Shown: positions 38,612-47,499, numbered from the stretch's first letter. The stretch is DNA of 64,000 nucleotides from an uncultured virus (IMG/VR IMGVR_UViG_3300042881_004430) (IMGVR_UViG_3300042881_004430:1-64000), one strand, 5' to 3'. The notes: generated from the sequence alone by a model not told the origin. Numbers and translations are program-made.

Positions 38612-39020
38612 GAGAACTGCCAGCTTTATGATTTTTCTTTGAGTTAAAATAGGAAAAGGCTGTCATCTCTAAAAATAATTATAGAGTTTTAAAATAATCA
38701 AGAGTTACCCATTTCAATCCTTCGCAACCTGCTTCTCAGGCTTTCGGCCCTCTCAAGAGAGCCTAGCTAATGACTAACTCTTTGTTTAAGTTCTTTGTCT
38801 TCACGGGTGGGATTTCTCTTAGGACGAACTGCCAGCTTTTTCTTTTGAGAAAAATGAGGTTTCAGCTTTTCAAAGTCTTCTCCTTGCGGAACGTCGCCTT
38901 TTCCCGAAATGGCGTTGGATTTCTTAGATCCAGTTGACTAGGGTCTTTTTACGGGCCTGATGTCTCTGATGCGTTCAAACTGGGATATCCCCAGTAGGCT
39001 ATTCACCCAGACAAAGAACT
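38612..39020 (-). ncRNA. candidate large structured non-coding RNA of unknown family
   Basis: No ORF of 60 aa or more; own promoter; 12-bp perfect terminal helix 39020-39009/38800-38789; second 8-bp domain helix; several hairpins, some with GNRA loops. Confidence 0.6.
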
Positions 39021-39025
39021 AGCTC

Positions 39026-39054
39026 ATCCTATTCAGGGTTTTTGGTTTTGTCAA
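39026..39054 (-). promoter_or_regulatory. sigma70-like promoter TTGACA-N17-TAGGAT driving the structured region
   Basis: Consensus -35 and 17-nt spacer; predicted start ~39020 coincides with the first base of the long helix. Confidence 0.7.
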
Positions 39055-39448
39055 AAATCTTTTCGCGCATCTCGTTGAAAATCACCAGAAGGTTCTTGAT
39101 GTCCTTCTCGCTGACTGAAGCAGGGTTGCATCTTTCAGATTCATTTTCAATTAAAGTGCAGTAAGAATTAATAATTTCTGCGATTACGAAAGCAGTTTTA
39201 GGAGAGATTGTGATATTCTGTTCATAAGCATCGAACTTCTTAGAAAGAATCCAATAATTATTTTCATTAAAGACGGCTTTCTTTACGACTCCATTTTTCT
39301 CAAATTCCTCAAGGGCGCATAAAATGCAAGCTCTTTCAGATTCTGGTTGTTCAGAAATCTCAAGAATCTTTATAAAATTATTTTCACAAAAACTATCATT
39401 TTTAAAATACCATTGGTATAACTTAATTGAAGCATCAGCGATTGTCAT
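39029..39448 (-). CDS. hypothetical protein
   Basis: ORF at the strand-switch point. Confidence 0.55.
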   Translation of the reverse strand: MTIADASIKLYQWYFKNDSFCENNFIKILEISEQPESERACILCALEEFEKNGVVKKAVFNENNYWILSKKFDAYEQNITISPKTAFVIAEIINSYCTLIENESERCNPASVSEKDIKNLLVIFNEMREKIFDKTKNPE

Positions 39449-39525
39449 AATCAATGATACAAGAATGCCAGAAAAAGGTCCAAATAAACTTGATCTTTTG
39501 TTTTGCTCCAGCGAGAATACTTTCC

Positions 39526-39984
39526 ATGAGACTTTCTTGGCATGAGTACGGGTGCATGATGGCTCTTGCTGCTTCGTCTAGAAGTGAAGATCCGCACACC
39601 AAGGTTGGAGCTTGCATCTTAAATAAAGAGGGCAGAATAATTTCAACAGGATACAACGGTCTTAAAAAAGGCTTCCCTGTTAAAGACTGGATGAAGGAGG
39701 AGAAAAATCGTCCTAAGAAGCGCGAAATAATGCTCCATGCAGAAACCAACGCTTTGTCTTTGATAAGAAAAGGAGATGCAGATACTATATGTTTGACGAT
39801 ATCGCCTTGCTTCGCTTGCGCGAAGGATATAGTTTCTCATGAAATTCAAAGAGTATTTTATATTAAGGAATACGATCAATGTAATAAGTTCAAAGAAATA
39901 TTTGAATATTACAAAATTTACTATAAGGAATTGAATCCCGAAAGTTTTTCTAAAATTAAATCTCATTTACAATTATGGATATAG
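39526..39984 (+). CDS. dCMP deaminase
   Basis: RSEDPHTKVGAC..GYNG..HAETNAL..SPCFAC. Confidence 0.9.
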   Translation: MRLSWHEYGCMMALAASSRSEDPHTKVGACILNKEGRIISTGYNGLKKGFPVKDWMKEEKNRPKKREIMLHAETNALSLIRKGDADTICLTISPCFACAKDIVSHEIQRVFYIKEYDQCNKFKEIFEYYKIYYKELNPESFSKIKSHLQLWI

Positions 39985-40460
39985 AAACAATAGTCCCAGT
40001 TAAATTCGTTAAACTAAACAATCTAGCAATTGTCCCGTCTCGTCAAAAGACTGGAGATGCTGGTTACGATCTTTATGCAACTGAGAGCGTAAGGATCAAG
40101 CCAATGAGTCGCGCTTTGGTTAGCACTGGTCTTTCAATCGAAGTGCCTCAAGGGTATTATGCAAGAATTGCTCCTCGCAGCGGATTGGCAGTTAAGAATG
40201 GCATTGATGTCCTTGCTGGCGTTGTAGACTCTAGCTATCGTGGAGAAGTTAAAGTTGTATTAATGAATCTAAGTATTGATCTTGCAAGCATGATGGGGCT
40301 TACTCCAAACATTGCTGGTTCAAATTTTGATTTTAATATTAAAGCTGGAGATCGGATCGCTCAATTAATTATTGAAAAGTATCATGCTGTTGATTGGCAG
40401 CAGGTTGAATCTTTGTCTACAACCGAAAGAACGGGCGGATTTGGAAGTACAGGAGTGTAA
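39975..40460 (+). CDS. dut: dUTPase
   Basis: AGYDL, RSGLA, GVVDSSYRGE, GDRIAQL, RTGGFGSTG. Confidence 0.95.
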   Translation: MDIETIVPVKFVKLNNLAIVPSRQKTGDAGYDLYATESVRIKPMSRALVSTGLSIEVPQGYYARIAPRSGLAVKNGIDVLAGVVDSSYRGEVKVVLMNLSIDLASMMGLTPNIAGSNFDFNIKAGDRIAQLIIEKYHAVDWQQVESLSTTERTGGFGSTGV

Positions 40461-40462
40461 CT

Positions 40463-40547
40463 CTGTCACTGTGACAGCTAATTTTGTCTCAGAATGTCTC
40501 AAATAAGCAGTAAAAAGGCGGCTTTTAAAGTTGGCACAGTTTTTGCT
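40463..40547 (+). promoter_or_regulatory. sigma54-type -24/-12 promoter with upstream palindrome and direct repeats
   Basis: TTGGCACAGTTTTTGCT at 40531-40547 (GG-N10-GC); CTGTCAC-T-GTGACAG at 40463-40477; TGTCTCA twice. Confidence 0.65.
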
Positions 40548-40561
40548 AGAGGAAAAACTCT

Positions 40562-40900
40562 ATGATATACTATATTCAATCAAGCAATGGTCAAACTCAA
40601 AAACTAGATCTTTACAATAAAGATTCATTCGTGCTAGACAAAATGAGCAACGAATATGTTTCTGAAATTGAAGTGCCGGGTTTCAGTAAAGAAGATTTAG
40701 ATATTACAGTAAAGAGAGATGAGATTGGCGATTTAGTCACAGTTAAAGCCTCTAACGCGAAGAGGAAAGCTGAAGCTTCGCTATGGATTCCTTCCGCAGC
40801 GGACGCTTCTCTTTTGAAAGCTTCTGCTGAGAACGGACTGCTTACTTTGTCGGTTCCTGTTAAGGGAGCCTATCAGCCGAAGAAAGTTAAAGTAACCTAA
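40562..40900 (+). CDS. small heat-shock protein (Hsp20/alpha-crystallin)
   Basis: EVPGFSKEDLDITV; ASAENGLLTLSVP. Confidence 0.85.
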   Translation: MIYYIQSSNGQTQKLDLYNKDSFVLDKMSNEYVSEIEVPGFSKEDLDITVKRDEIGDLVTVKASNAKRKAEASLWIPSAADASLLKASAENGLLTLSVPVKGAYQPKKVKVT

Positions 40901-40906
40901 GTTACT

Positions 40907-40934
40907 CTCCGCCTTCGGGCGGGGTTTTTATTTT
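40907..40934 (+). terminator. intrinsic terminator
   Basis: CTCCGCC-TTCG-GGCGGGG followed by a T-run. Confidence 0.85.
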
Positions 40935-41594
40935 ATGAGTTATCTAAGTTCATCAATACCAGTTCAGATTGGATACCTTGACGTTTCCTTTCTTCATAAT
41001 GCAAAACCTAGGACCATGAACGAATGGATTCCTGTTGAGATATTCTCTGTGGTTTCAATACCTAAGAGATGTTTAATGTTTAATGTGATGAGTGAGTTTG
41101 GCGCACAGTTCGCAAGGGTTCCAATTCACTACTTGTCCTTTGATGCCAACCCAACTACTGATTACGAATTACATTGGTTGCAATTGTGGGATAGTTTTAG
41201 TTACTATTTCACTATTCAGAGATTTGATTATTTAAAAAATGCTTCTGCTTATATACTTTTGAAAGATAAAAGTAAACACGTTGGCAAATATTGCTTCACG
41301 ATTGATTGGTGTAATGGTGATGATTATAATTTAGGTTATTCTGAGATATCTGCTGGACATAAATGCGCTCACATCTTCTGGGGAGAAGGGGGACAAATGT
41401 TCGCTCAACCAAACAACAGAATAGTTTGGAGAGATTCAGGAGCATTTATTGGTTCCCCGCTTCCTCTAGAGGCAAAAAATTGGAAACCTTTCGGACATGA
41501 GTTCTCTTGCGAAGGGCTTGCTTATAAGTGGACTGCTGGCGATGAAGAACTTATGTATTATGAGTTCAAGAATGAGCCAGAGTTAGCCAAATAA
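40935..41594 (+). CDS. conserved phage hypothetical protein
   Basis: LQLWDSFSY..KYCFTIDW..HKCAH..AQPNNR pattern common in large phages. Confidence 0.6.
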   Translation: MSYLSSSIPVQIGYLDVSFLHNAKPRTMNEWIPVEIFSVVSIPKRCLMFNVMSEFGAQFARVPIHYLSFDANPTTDYELHWLQLWDSFSYYFTIQRFDYLKNASAYILLKDKSKHVGKYCFTIDWCNGDDYNLGYSEISAGHKCAHIFWGEGGQMFAQPNNRIVWRDSGAFIGSPLPLEAKNWKPFGHEFSCEGLAYKWTAGDEELMYYEFKNEPELAK

Positions 41595-41635
41595 ACACGA
41601 TAAAATAGAATGTGTAATATAAGATGTAATTGAAT

Positions 41636-41917
41636 ATGACTGCTGAAGAGAATGAAATTTTTAGAGAAGCTATTTTACTTCAGAAAAGCACCAATTGGTG
41701 GATTAATCAAACATCTAAGATTATCCAAAAAATAGACGATCTTGAAAAACAAGATTTCTCTTTAGAAAACGAAAGTGAATTAGAAGATCTTCGTCATAAG
41801 CTTGGCACTTTTTTGGCTCGTAAGAAAATAGAAGAAAAGAAAATTGAAGATCTTCTCATTAAGATCGACAAGGTAGAAAAAAAGGAAAAGGGAAAAAATG
41901 CCAAAACTAAAACGTGA
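41636..41917 (+). CDS. hypothetical coiled-coil protein
   Basis: ORF after a GTGTA motif; resembles 43623..43850. Confidence 0.5.
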   Translation: MTAEENEIFREAILLQKSTNWWINQTSKIIQKIDDLEKQDFSLENESELEDLRHKLGTFLARKKIEEKKIEDLLIKIDKVEKKEKGKNAKTKT

Positions 41918-42059
41918 AAAATTCTATATTGTAATTTCAAAGAAAAATAATTACACTTACGGAGCTTTCCCTCATACAAAAGAAGGAAAAGCCGCAGCAA
42001 AAAATTACATCCAAGAAAAATCAAATAAAAATTTGCAGTTAAAAATCAAAATTAAATAA
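41898..42059 (+). CDS. small basic hypothetical protein (53 aa, not in ORF track)
   Basis: MPKLKREKFYIV..YGAFPHTKEG; fills the gap between neighbours. Confidence 0.5.
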   Translation: MPKLKREKFYIVISKKNNYTYGAFPHTKEGKAAAKNYIQEKSNKNLQLKIKIK

Positions 42060-42060
42060 T

Positions 42061-42207
42061 ATGCCAATACCAAATAAACGCAAAGGTGAAGACTCAAAAA
42101 AGTTCATGGGACGTTGTATGACCGACATTCCAAAGGACGAATATCCAAATCCAAAGCAACGTGTTGCGATTTGCCTGACTCAAGATAAGAAGAAGCCGAA
42201 GAAGTAA
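42061..42207 (+). CDS. small phage protein (48 aa, not in ORF track)
   Basis: MPIP..E..KFMGRCM..EYP..QRVAIC, a motif recurrent in phage proteins. Confidence 0.6.
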   Translation: MPIPNKRKGEDSKKFMGRCMTDIPKDEYPNPKQRVAICLTQDKKKPKK

Positions 42208-42215
42208 TTCTTATT

Positions 42216-42881
42216 ATGAAGTTAGTTATCTGCATCCCCGGAAATAACTTTTCCGGGTCTTTTTTTGATTCTTTTCTAGAATTTTATCATTGGTGTCTTC
42301 ACAACAACATCAAGGTATTTCTTTCAAGAAAGGAATCTTGTAACATTTACTATGTAAGGAATATGTGCCTTGGCGGCAATGTCCAAGCTGGCAAGAGTCA
42401 AAAACCTTGGGGAGGGTCTTTTGATTATGATTATATGCTTTGGATAGATTCCGATATTGTTTTCAAGCCTCAAGACTTTATTAGGCTTCTTCAAATGGAG
42501 AAGGATATTGCTTCAGGTCTTTACTTAATGACTAATGGTTCAAGAGAGCCAAATCAATTTGCCACTGTGGTCGATTGGGACGAAAAGTTTTTTGAAAAAA
42601 ATGGTTACTTTAAGTTCGTTCAGAGAGAAGATGTAGTGGGTAAAACGGAACCCTTTGTAGCTGACTACACTGGATTTGGTTTTATCTTAATTAAGAAAGG
42701 CGTTTTTGAGAGTTTGGATTATCCTTGGTTCCAGCCGATCTTTTTTAATATTGGCAACGCTCACGACTTCTGCATGGAAGACGTAGGCTTCTGCCTCAAA
42801 GCTAAAGAAAAAGGTCATAAAGTATGGATACATCCACAAGTAATAGTGAAGCACGAAAAGAAAATCCTTCTAAGTACATGA
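42216..42881 (+). CDS. GT-A (GT2-like) glycosyltransferase
   Basis: YMLWIDSDIVF; GFGFILIKKGVFE; EDVGFC; VKH. Confidence 0.8.
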   Translation: MKLVICIPGNNFSGSFFDSFLEFYHWCLHNNIKVFLSRKESCNIYYVRNMCLGGNVQAGKSQKPWGGSFDYDYMLWIDSDIVFKPQDFIRLLQMEKDIASGLYLMTNGSREPNQFATVVDWDEKFFEKNGYFKFVQREDVVGKTEPFVADYTGFGFILIKKGVFESLDYPWFQPIFFNIGNAHDFCMEDVGFCLKAKEKGHKVWIHPQVIVKHEKKILLST

Positions 42882-43177
42882 GGCAATTAAAAATTAGCCG
42901 CCTGACTTTGATGGAGAAATTTTTTAATACTGATTTAGAACTTTTAGTTGAGATATGGAAGGGAGAAACAGAGAACGAATATTTCTCTGTTGACTTCGCT
43001 TACAATTATTCTTCTTGTGCTGCAATGGGATCTATAAGCGAAAGAGAGTCTAACCTTGGCGCATATAAAGAAATTCTTTGGGCAAAAGATGAATTATTTG
43101 ATATAATGGGTTTAGCTAAGTATCTTAAATGGGATACATCAAATACTGTAATCGAAGACTTATCTGAAAAGGTATGA
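42878..43177 (+). CDS. hypothetical protein
   Basis: ATGA overlap with upstream gene. Confidence 0.5.
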   Translation: MRQLKISRLTLMEKFFNTDLELLVEIWKGETENEYFSVDFAYNYSSCAAMGSISERESNLGAYKEILWAKDELFDIMGLAKYLKWDTSNTVIEDLSEKV

Positions 43178-43626
43178 ACGCAAAACTAGAAAATTATCTT
43201 TGCAATCGTTTCTCCTCGTTCTTTGACTCTAAAGGACTTTCATTTGATTGCTCTGATGGGTGGTTTTTTATCTTAAATTGGATGTTTTTGCGAGTTGAAA
43301 ACTCTCTCAATTACATAAACAAAGACAAGTCGCCAGAGGAGAAAGATTCTTTCATCGTTCTGCAAGTTAAAGAAAAATTTGGATCTCTTAGAGTTTACCA
43401 CACTGGAACTGACAACGAAGAAATTTTTAATCATGTATCTGCGGCAGAATCTTTAAGCTGTTTCATTTGCGAGGAGAGTGGAGTTTTTAACGAAACTGTA
43501 GGAATCAATTCAAAAGGTTGGATTAAAACACTTTGCAAAGATCAAGCTGGATTTAATAGTGGTTGGATTAGTAATTATGATAATGATCTGCTTGCTATCC
43601 TAGAAGAAATAAAGGCTGAAAAATGA
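43174..43626 (+). CDS. conserved phage hypothetical protein
   Basis: CSDGW..QVKEKFGSLRVY..AESLS..ICE..G..GWIKTLC motif. Confidence 0.6.
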   Translation: MNAKLENYLCNRFSSFFDSKGLSFDCSDGWFFILNWMFLRVENSLNYINKDKSPEEKDSFIVLQVKEKFGSLRVYHTGTDNEEIFNHVSAAESLSCFICEESGVFNETVGINSKGWIKTLCKDQAGFNSGWISNYDNDLLAILEEIKAEK

Positions 43627-43850
43627 CTGAAAGAGAAGCAAAAAATCAGTGTCTTATGATTAAGAAGACTTCTATTTGGCTGAAGAAGGAAATTGCAGCG
43701 ACAATGAAACTTCTTGATGAAGCAAAGGATGATAAAGAAACTCTTCTTCATTTAAATAATCTTATCTGTTTGAAGAACAAGGCTGGGGCAGAGGTTGCCC
43801 GAATCGACAACTTGATCAAGCGCATGGAAGAAGAAGATTTCGAATTTTGA
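43623..43850 (+). CDS. hypothetical coiled-coil protein
   Basis: Overlapping in-operon ORF. Confidence 0.5.
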   Translation: MTEREAKNQCLMIKKTSIWLKKEIAATMKLLDEAKDDKETLLHLNNLICLKNKAGAEVARIDNLIKRMEEEDFEF

Positions 43851-43886
43851 CCTTGCTTTCCTCTTGCGAGCCGCTAGGATGGGGGC

Positions 43887-44792
43887 GTGATAAATTATGG
43901 ACTTTGCTGCATTTCCCTTGTTTTGTCCGAAAAGGGCGAGAAATTTCAAACCCTGACGTACACCAGATTCAAAACCCTTGGCAGAGAAGAAGGCATGAAG
44001 GTTCTCTCCAAGAGAATCCTCAATAATTTCAACATCACTCTCAAAACGATAACTCATTGCAATGAAAATCAAATCGGAGCTTATCGACTTTCTAGCGAAA
44101 TTACTCCTCTTCTTAGTCATCCTGATCTTAATTTTGATCTCACTGAACTTAACGATGCGGAAGAGATTTTTTCTATTATTGACAAGATTAAAAATCAGAT
44201 CAAGACATCGGGCATCAGAATCTCCGCTCACCCCCCAGAGTTTGTAAGCTTCACCAGTCAGAAAGAAGAAGTCATTAACAACTCAATCAGAGATCTAAAT
44301 GAACACGCTCTCTTGTTTGATCTGTTTGACTGCCCAAAAGATTACCGCTCTCCTCTCAACATTCATATTAGACAAGATGGCGACCCAGAAGAACTTTCTC
44401 AGAAGTTTATTTCAGTTTACAATCGTCTCAATCCTAGTGTAAAAGATAGATTGGTGCTTGAGGTCAATGACAACAAGAATGGCACTTGGTCAATCAAGAA
44501 TCTTATAAAATACTTTTATGAGCGACATGGGATTCCAATTACTTTCGATTCTTTGCATCAGTCTCTTTTGCATGGCGATCAATCTGATGAGGAGGCGTTT
44601 AATGATGCTTATCGCACTTGGCCCACTAAACCTTTATTTCATTATTCTGAAGGCATAGATGGCACTCGCAAACATGCCGACATGCCAATAAATCATCCAA
44701 AAAACTTTGGACAGTCTGTTGACTTTGACATAGAATTGAAGAGTAAAGATTTAGCGATCTTTAAATTAAAAGAAATTGCCGGGATAGTTTAA
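43887..44792 (+). CDS. uvsE: UV damage endonuclease
   Basis: YRLSSEITP, RISAHPPEF, NIH, RLVLEVND, FDSLH, FHYSE..HAD, DIELKSKD. Confidence 0.92.
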   Translation: MINYGLCCISLVLSEKGEKFQTLTYTRFKTLGREEGMKVLSKRILNNFNITLKTITHCNENQIGAYRLSSEITPLLSHPDLNFDLTELNDAEEIFSIIDKIKNQIKTSGIRISAHPPEFVSFTSQKEEVINNSIRDLNEHALLFDLFDCPKDYRSPLNIHIRQDGDPEELSQKFISVYNRLNPSVKDRLVLEVNDNKNGTWSIKNLIKYFYERHGIPITFDSLHQSLLHGDQSDEEAFNDAYRTWPTKPLFHYSEGIDGTRKHADMPINHPKNFGQSVDFDIELKSKDLAIFKLKEIAGIV

Positions 44793-44851
44793 TGGTAGAA
44801 CTTCAGTTTTGTAAACTGAGTGCGAAGGTTCGATTCCTTCTCTCGGCTCCA
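44778..44851 (+). tRNA. tRNA-Thr(TGT)
   Basis: Cloverleaf GCCGGGA/TCTCGGC, anticodon arm TCAGT-TTTGTAA-ACTGA, T arm GAAGG-TTCGATT-CCTTC, encoded CCA. Confidence 0.92.
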
Positions 44852-44889
44852 CTCCTTCTCAAGGCTCCATTTTGAGTGTAAAATATAAT

Positions 44890-45561
44890 ATGACAGTAAT
44901 TAAAACTCAATGTGAGTATTGCAAAATTGACTTTAACAAAAGTATTTGCGAATACAATAATTCTTTAAAATTAAATCTTAAGCATTTTTGTTCTCTTTCT
45001 TGTTCTGCTAAATATGGTAGCGTTTTAAAAAAACAAAAGTTCGAATTAACGAAACAAGAATACTATAAAAATCCAAAAAAATGTAAAATTTGCGACAAAG
45101 CGATTGATTATCTTCTTAGGAACACAAATAAATTTTGCGGATCTTCTTGCTCTGCTAAATTTAATAATTCAAGTAGAGCTATTAAAAAAACCTGTTTACA
45201 ATGTGGAGAGGCGACAAGTAATAAAAAATTTTGCAGCATCAAATGTTTCTTCAGCGACAATAAAAATAAAGTAAACGATTTTATTGAAAGCGGCAAAAAA
45301 GTAGCTAACGATACTTTTAAAAGATATCTTATAGAAAAAAATGGACACAAATGCCAAATGTGCAATACAATTGAATGGGGAGGAAAACCAATCCTTCTAA
45401 TATTAGACCATGTAAATGGCAATTCTGAAGATTGTTCTCTTGGCAACTTGAGACTAATATGTAGCAACTGTGATACTTTAACTCCCACTTACAAAGGAAG
45501 GAACAAAGGAAAAGGGCGGTTTTCCAGAATGAAAAGGTACAAAGATGGGAAAAGCTTTTAA
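44890..45561 (+). CDS. HNH homing endonuclease with Zn-finger repeats
   Basis: Repeated CxxC..FCSxxC; LDHVNGN..NLRLICSNC; start taken at ATG 44890. Confidence 0.85.
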   Translation: MTVIKTQCEYCKIDFNKSICEYNNSLKLNLKHFCSLSCSAKYGSVLKKQKFELTKQEYYKNPKKCKICDKAIDYLLRNTNKFCGSSCSAKFNNSSRAIKKTCLQCGEATSNKKFCSIKCFFSDNKNKVNDFIESGKKVANDTFKRYLIEKNGHKCQMCNTIEWGGKPILLILDHVNGNSEDCSLGNLRLICSNCDTLTPTYKGRNKGKGRFSRMKRYKDGKSF

Positions 45562-45957
45562 ATGAATTTAAAAAACTATTACATATTTTTAGATGATATA
45601 AGATATCCAGAAGATGTCACATGGGTACAAATTCCAAAATACGAATGGACAATTGCCCGTGATTTTTTTCAGTTTCGGGATATAATAAAGATAAAGGGCG
45701 TTCCTGCTTTTATCTGTTATGATCATGATCTTGGGGCGCAGCACTATCGTGATCTTAAAACCATCCTAGAAACTAATAAAATTGACTACTCTAAATATAA
45801 AGAAAAGACTGGCTACGATTGTGCTAAGTATTTGGTTGAGGTTTGTCAAGATCAAGGCGTACCTCACCCAGAATACGAAGTCCACTCAATGAATCCTGTG
45901 GGTGCAGAAAACATTAAAAAATACATAGACAATTACAATGCATCAATTAGAATTTGA
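45562..45957 (+). CDS. cyclic-phosphate-processing receiver-like protein
   Basis: FLDDIR..YDHDLG..TGYDCAKYL..VHSMNPVG. Confidence 0.7.
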   Translation: MNLKNYYIFLDDIRYPEDVTWVQIPKYEWTIARDFFQFRDIIKIKGVPAFICYDHDLGAQHYRDLKTILETNKIDYSKYKEKTGYDCAKYLVEVCQDQGVPHPEYEVHSMNPVGAENIKKYIDNYNASIRI

Positions 45958-46591
45958 TTTTAGATCTCCAGAAGAGGTCGCTAGACAGAGAAAAATCGCA
46001 GAAGAAAACGAAAAGGTTTTTGACGAGATGTTCTCTGATGATGGATATGTTTACAATAAGTATGTAGACTTTTTGCTTGATCTCGTTCCCTTCAGACTGG
46101 CATGGAAAGCCAGATACTGGCCGGGAAATATTAGGTGGTGGATAAAATGCAAATACCAGAAGATTCGCTATGGGGTTTCTGATGATGACGTTTATTCTTT
46201 AGGCTATAATATAGCTGTTTTTGTTTTGCCTCGCCTTAAGTATTTTAAGGAGAAAGGAAAAACTGGAATCCCTGTTTGTTTCTTGCCAAACAATTTTCAT
46301 CTCCTTGAGGGCGACGAGCAGACAGCCGCTGAAGAAAAAGGCATCAAAGAAATGGAAGCTGCTCTTGATGAAATGATTTTTGCTTTTGAGTATATTATTG
46401 ATGGAGATAAAATGTGCGAATTGCCAGAGAGCCTTTCTTTTAAAGGCAAGGATTTCGACTTCAACTCCGAAAAGAGTATAGAAGAAAAAGAAGATTGGAA
46501 GCGGTATATGGAAAAAGCTAACAAACTTAACGAAAGAAAAGAAAACGGTCTTATGCTTTTTGCTAAATATTACGACACTCTTTGGATATGA
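45938..46591 (+). CDS. conserved phage hypothetical protein
   Basis: LPRLKYFK..LDEMIFAFE..GLMLFAKYYDTLW. Confidence 0.6.
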   Translation: MHQLEFDFRSPEEVARQRKIAEENEKVFDEMFSDDGYVYNKYVDFLLDLVPFRLAWKARYWPGNIRWWIKCKYQKIRYGVSDDDVYSLGYNIAVFVLPRLKYFKEKGKTGIPVCFLPNNFHLLEGDEQTAAEEKGIKEMEAALDEMIFAFEYIIDGDKMCELPESLSFKGKDFDFNSEKSIEEKEDWKRYMEKANKLNERKENGLMLFAKYYDTLWI

Positions 46592-46785
46592 AATTTACTA
46601 ATGAACAGCGTGAACTAATCAAAGAAACGCGCAGAAAAATAAATAAACTAAAAGACGAGCAGCATATTTTGTATAGTAATTTACTTTCTCAATTAGATAT
46701 GTCTGAAAGGGCAGAGGATTGGATATTTGATTATGTTTATAACAATTATGGGACGATAAAGAAAATAGAATCTTTTCTTAAGTAA
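46582..46785 (+). CDS. hypothetical protein
   Basis: In-operon ORF. Confidence 0.45.
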   Translation: MDMKFTNEQRELIKETRRKINKLKDEQHILYSNLLSQLDMSERAEDWIFDYVYNNYGTIKKIESFLK

Positions 46786-46786
46786 T

Positions 46787-47137
46787 ATGTCAAAACTGCA
46801 TTTTGTGCCCAAAGGCTGGGGATATGAGAAGTGGATCGTTAACAATGACAAGTATTGCGGCAAAATTCTTTTCGTTGTTAAAGATCGCAAGTGTAGTCTT
46901 CATTATCATAAGATAAAAGATGAAACATTCTACGTTCAAAGCGGAAAAATTGTCTTGCATTATGGCATGGACGAAAAAACTGCAAGAAGTCACTGGATTA
47001 CCTTGTCTAGAGGTGATAGTTTTCATATCCCAGTAGGGATGATCCACCAATTCTCTGCTCTTAAAGATAGCGAAATTATTGAAATTAGCACTCAGCACTT
47101 CGATGAAGACAGCTACAGAATTGAAAAAGGAGACTAA
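46787..47137 (+). CDS. cupin protein (sugar isomerase-like)
   Basis: KGWGYE..YCGK..SLHYHKIKDETF..HQF..IEIST. Confidence 0.8.
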   Translation: MSKLHFVPKGWGYEKWIVNNDKYCGKILFVVKDRKCSLHYHKIKDETFYVQSGKIVLHYGMDEKTARSHWITLSRGDSFHIPVGMIHQFSALKDSEIIEISTQHFDEDSYRIEKGD

Positions 47138-47307
47138 AGTGTCGCAAAATAAAAAACTATTGAACGAACTGGCAAAAAATATTCGCAGTATTGATGCCAG
47201 CGAACAACCAAACCGCATAGTTAAGAATATTGATAAGATTATTCAAGACTATTATACTAAATTCTACGACATGGTTGATGGTAGAAAGCAGATAACTCAA
47301 CAAAAGA

Positions 47308-47499
47308 ATGGACACTGCTGCTAAGGTTTCAACCCCTTGCATCAGACTTTGTAAATTAAAAGATGGTTTCTGTACAGGTTGCAACAGGTCTTGGCAGCAA
47401 ATCGCTGATTGGACTCAGTATTCTGAGAAAACAAGACTTGAAATAATGGAATCTCTGTTATCAAACGAACAAAATGAACGGAAAAGGAAGCAATCCTAG
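47308..47499 (+). CDS. DUF1289-like Cys-rich protein
   Basis: TPCIRLCKL..FCTGCNRS..I..W. Confidence 0.7.
   Translation: MDTAAKVSTPCIRLCKLKDGFCTGCNRSWQQIADWTQYSEKTRLEIMESLLSNEQNERKRKQS

Noticed and set aside
38789..39020. Retron msr-msd, suggested by a 12-bp terminal inverted repeat followed by G
   Set aside because: No reverse transcriptase in the window and no long msd hairpin
38612..39020. Group I intron, RNase P, tmRNA or cobalamin/TPP/glycine riboswitch
   Set aside because: Only short partial look-alikes (UCAGAGAC, AAGAGUUAGUC, CUGAGA); P7 cannot be formed, no interrupted gene, no tRNA-like ends; an Rfam search is needed to settle it
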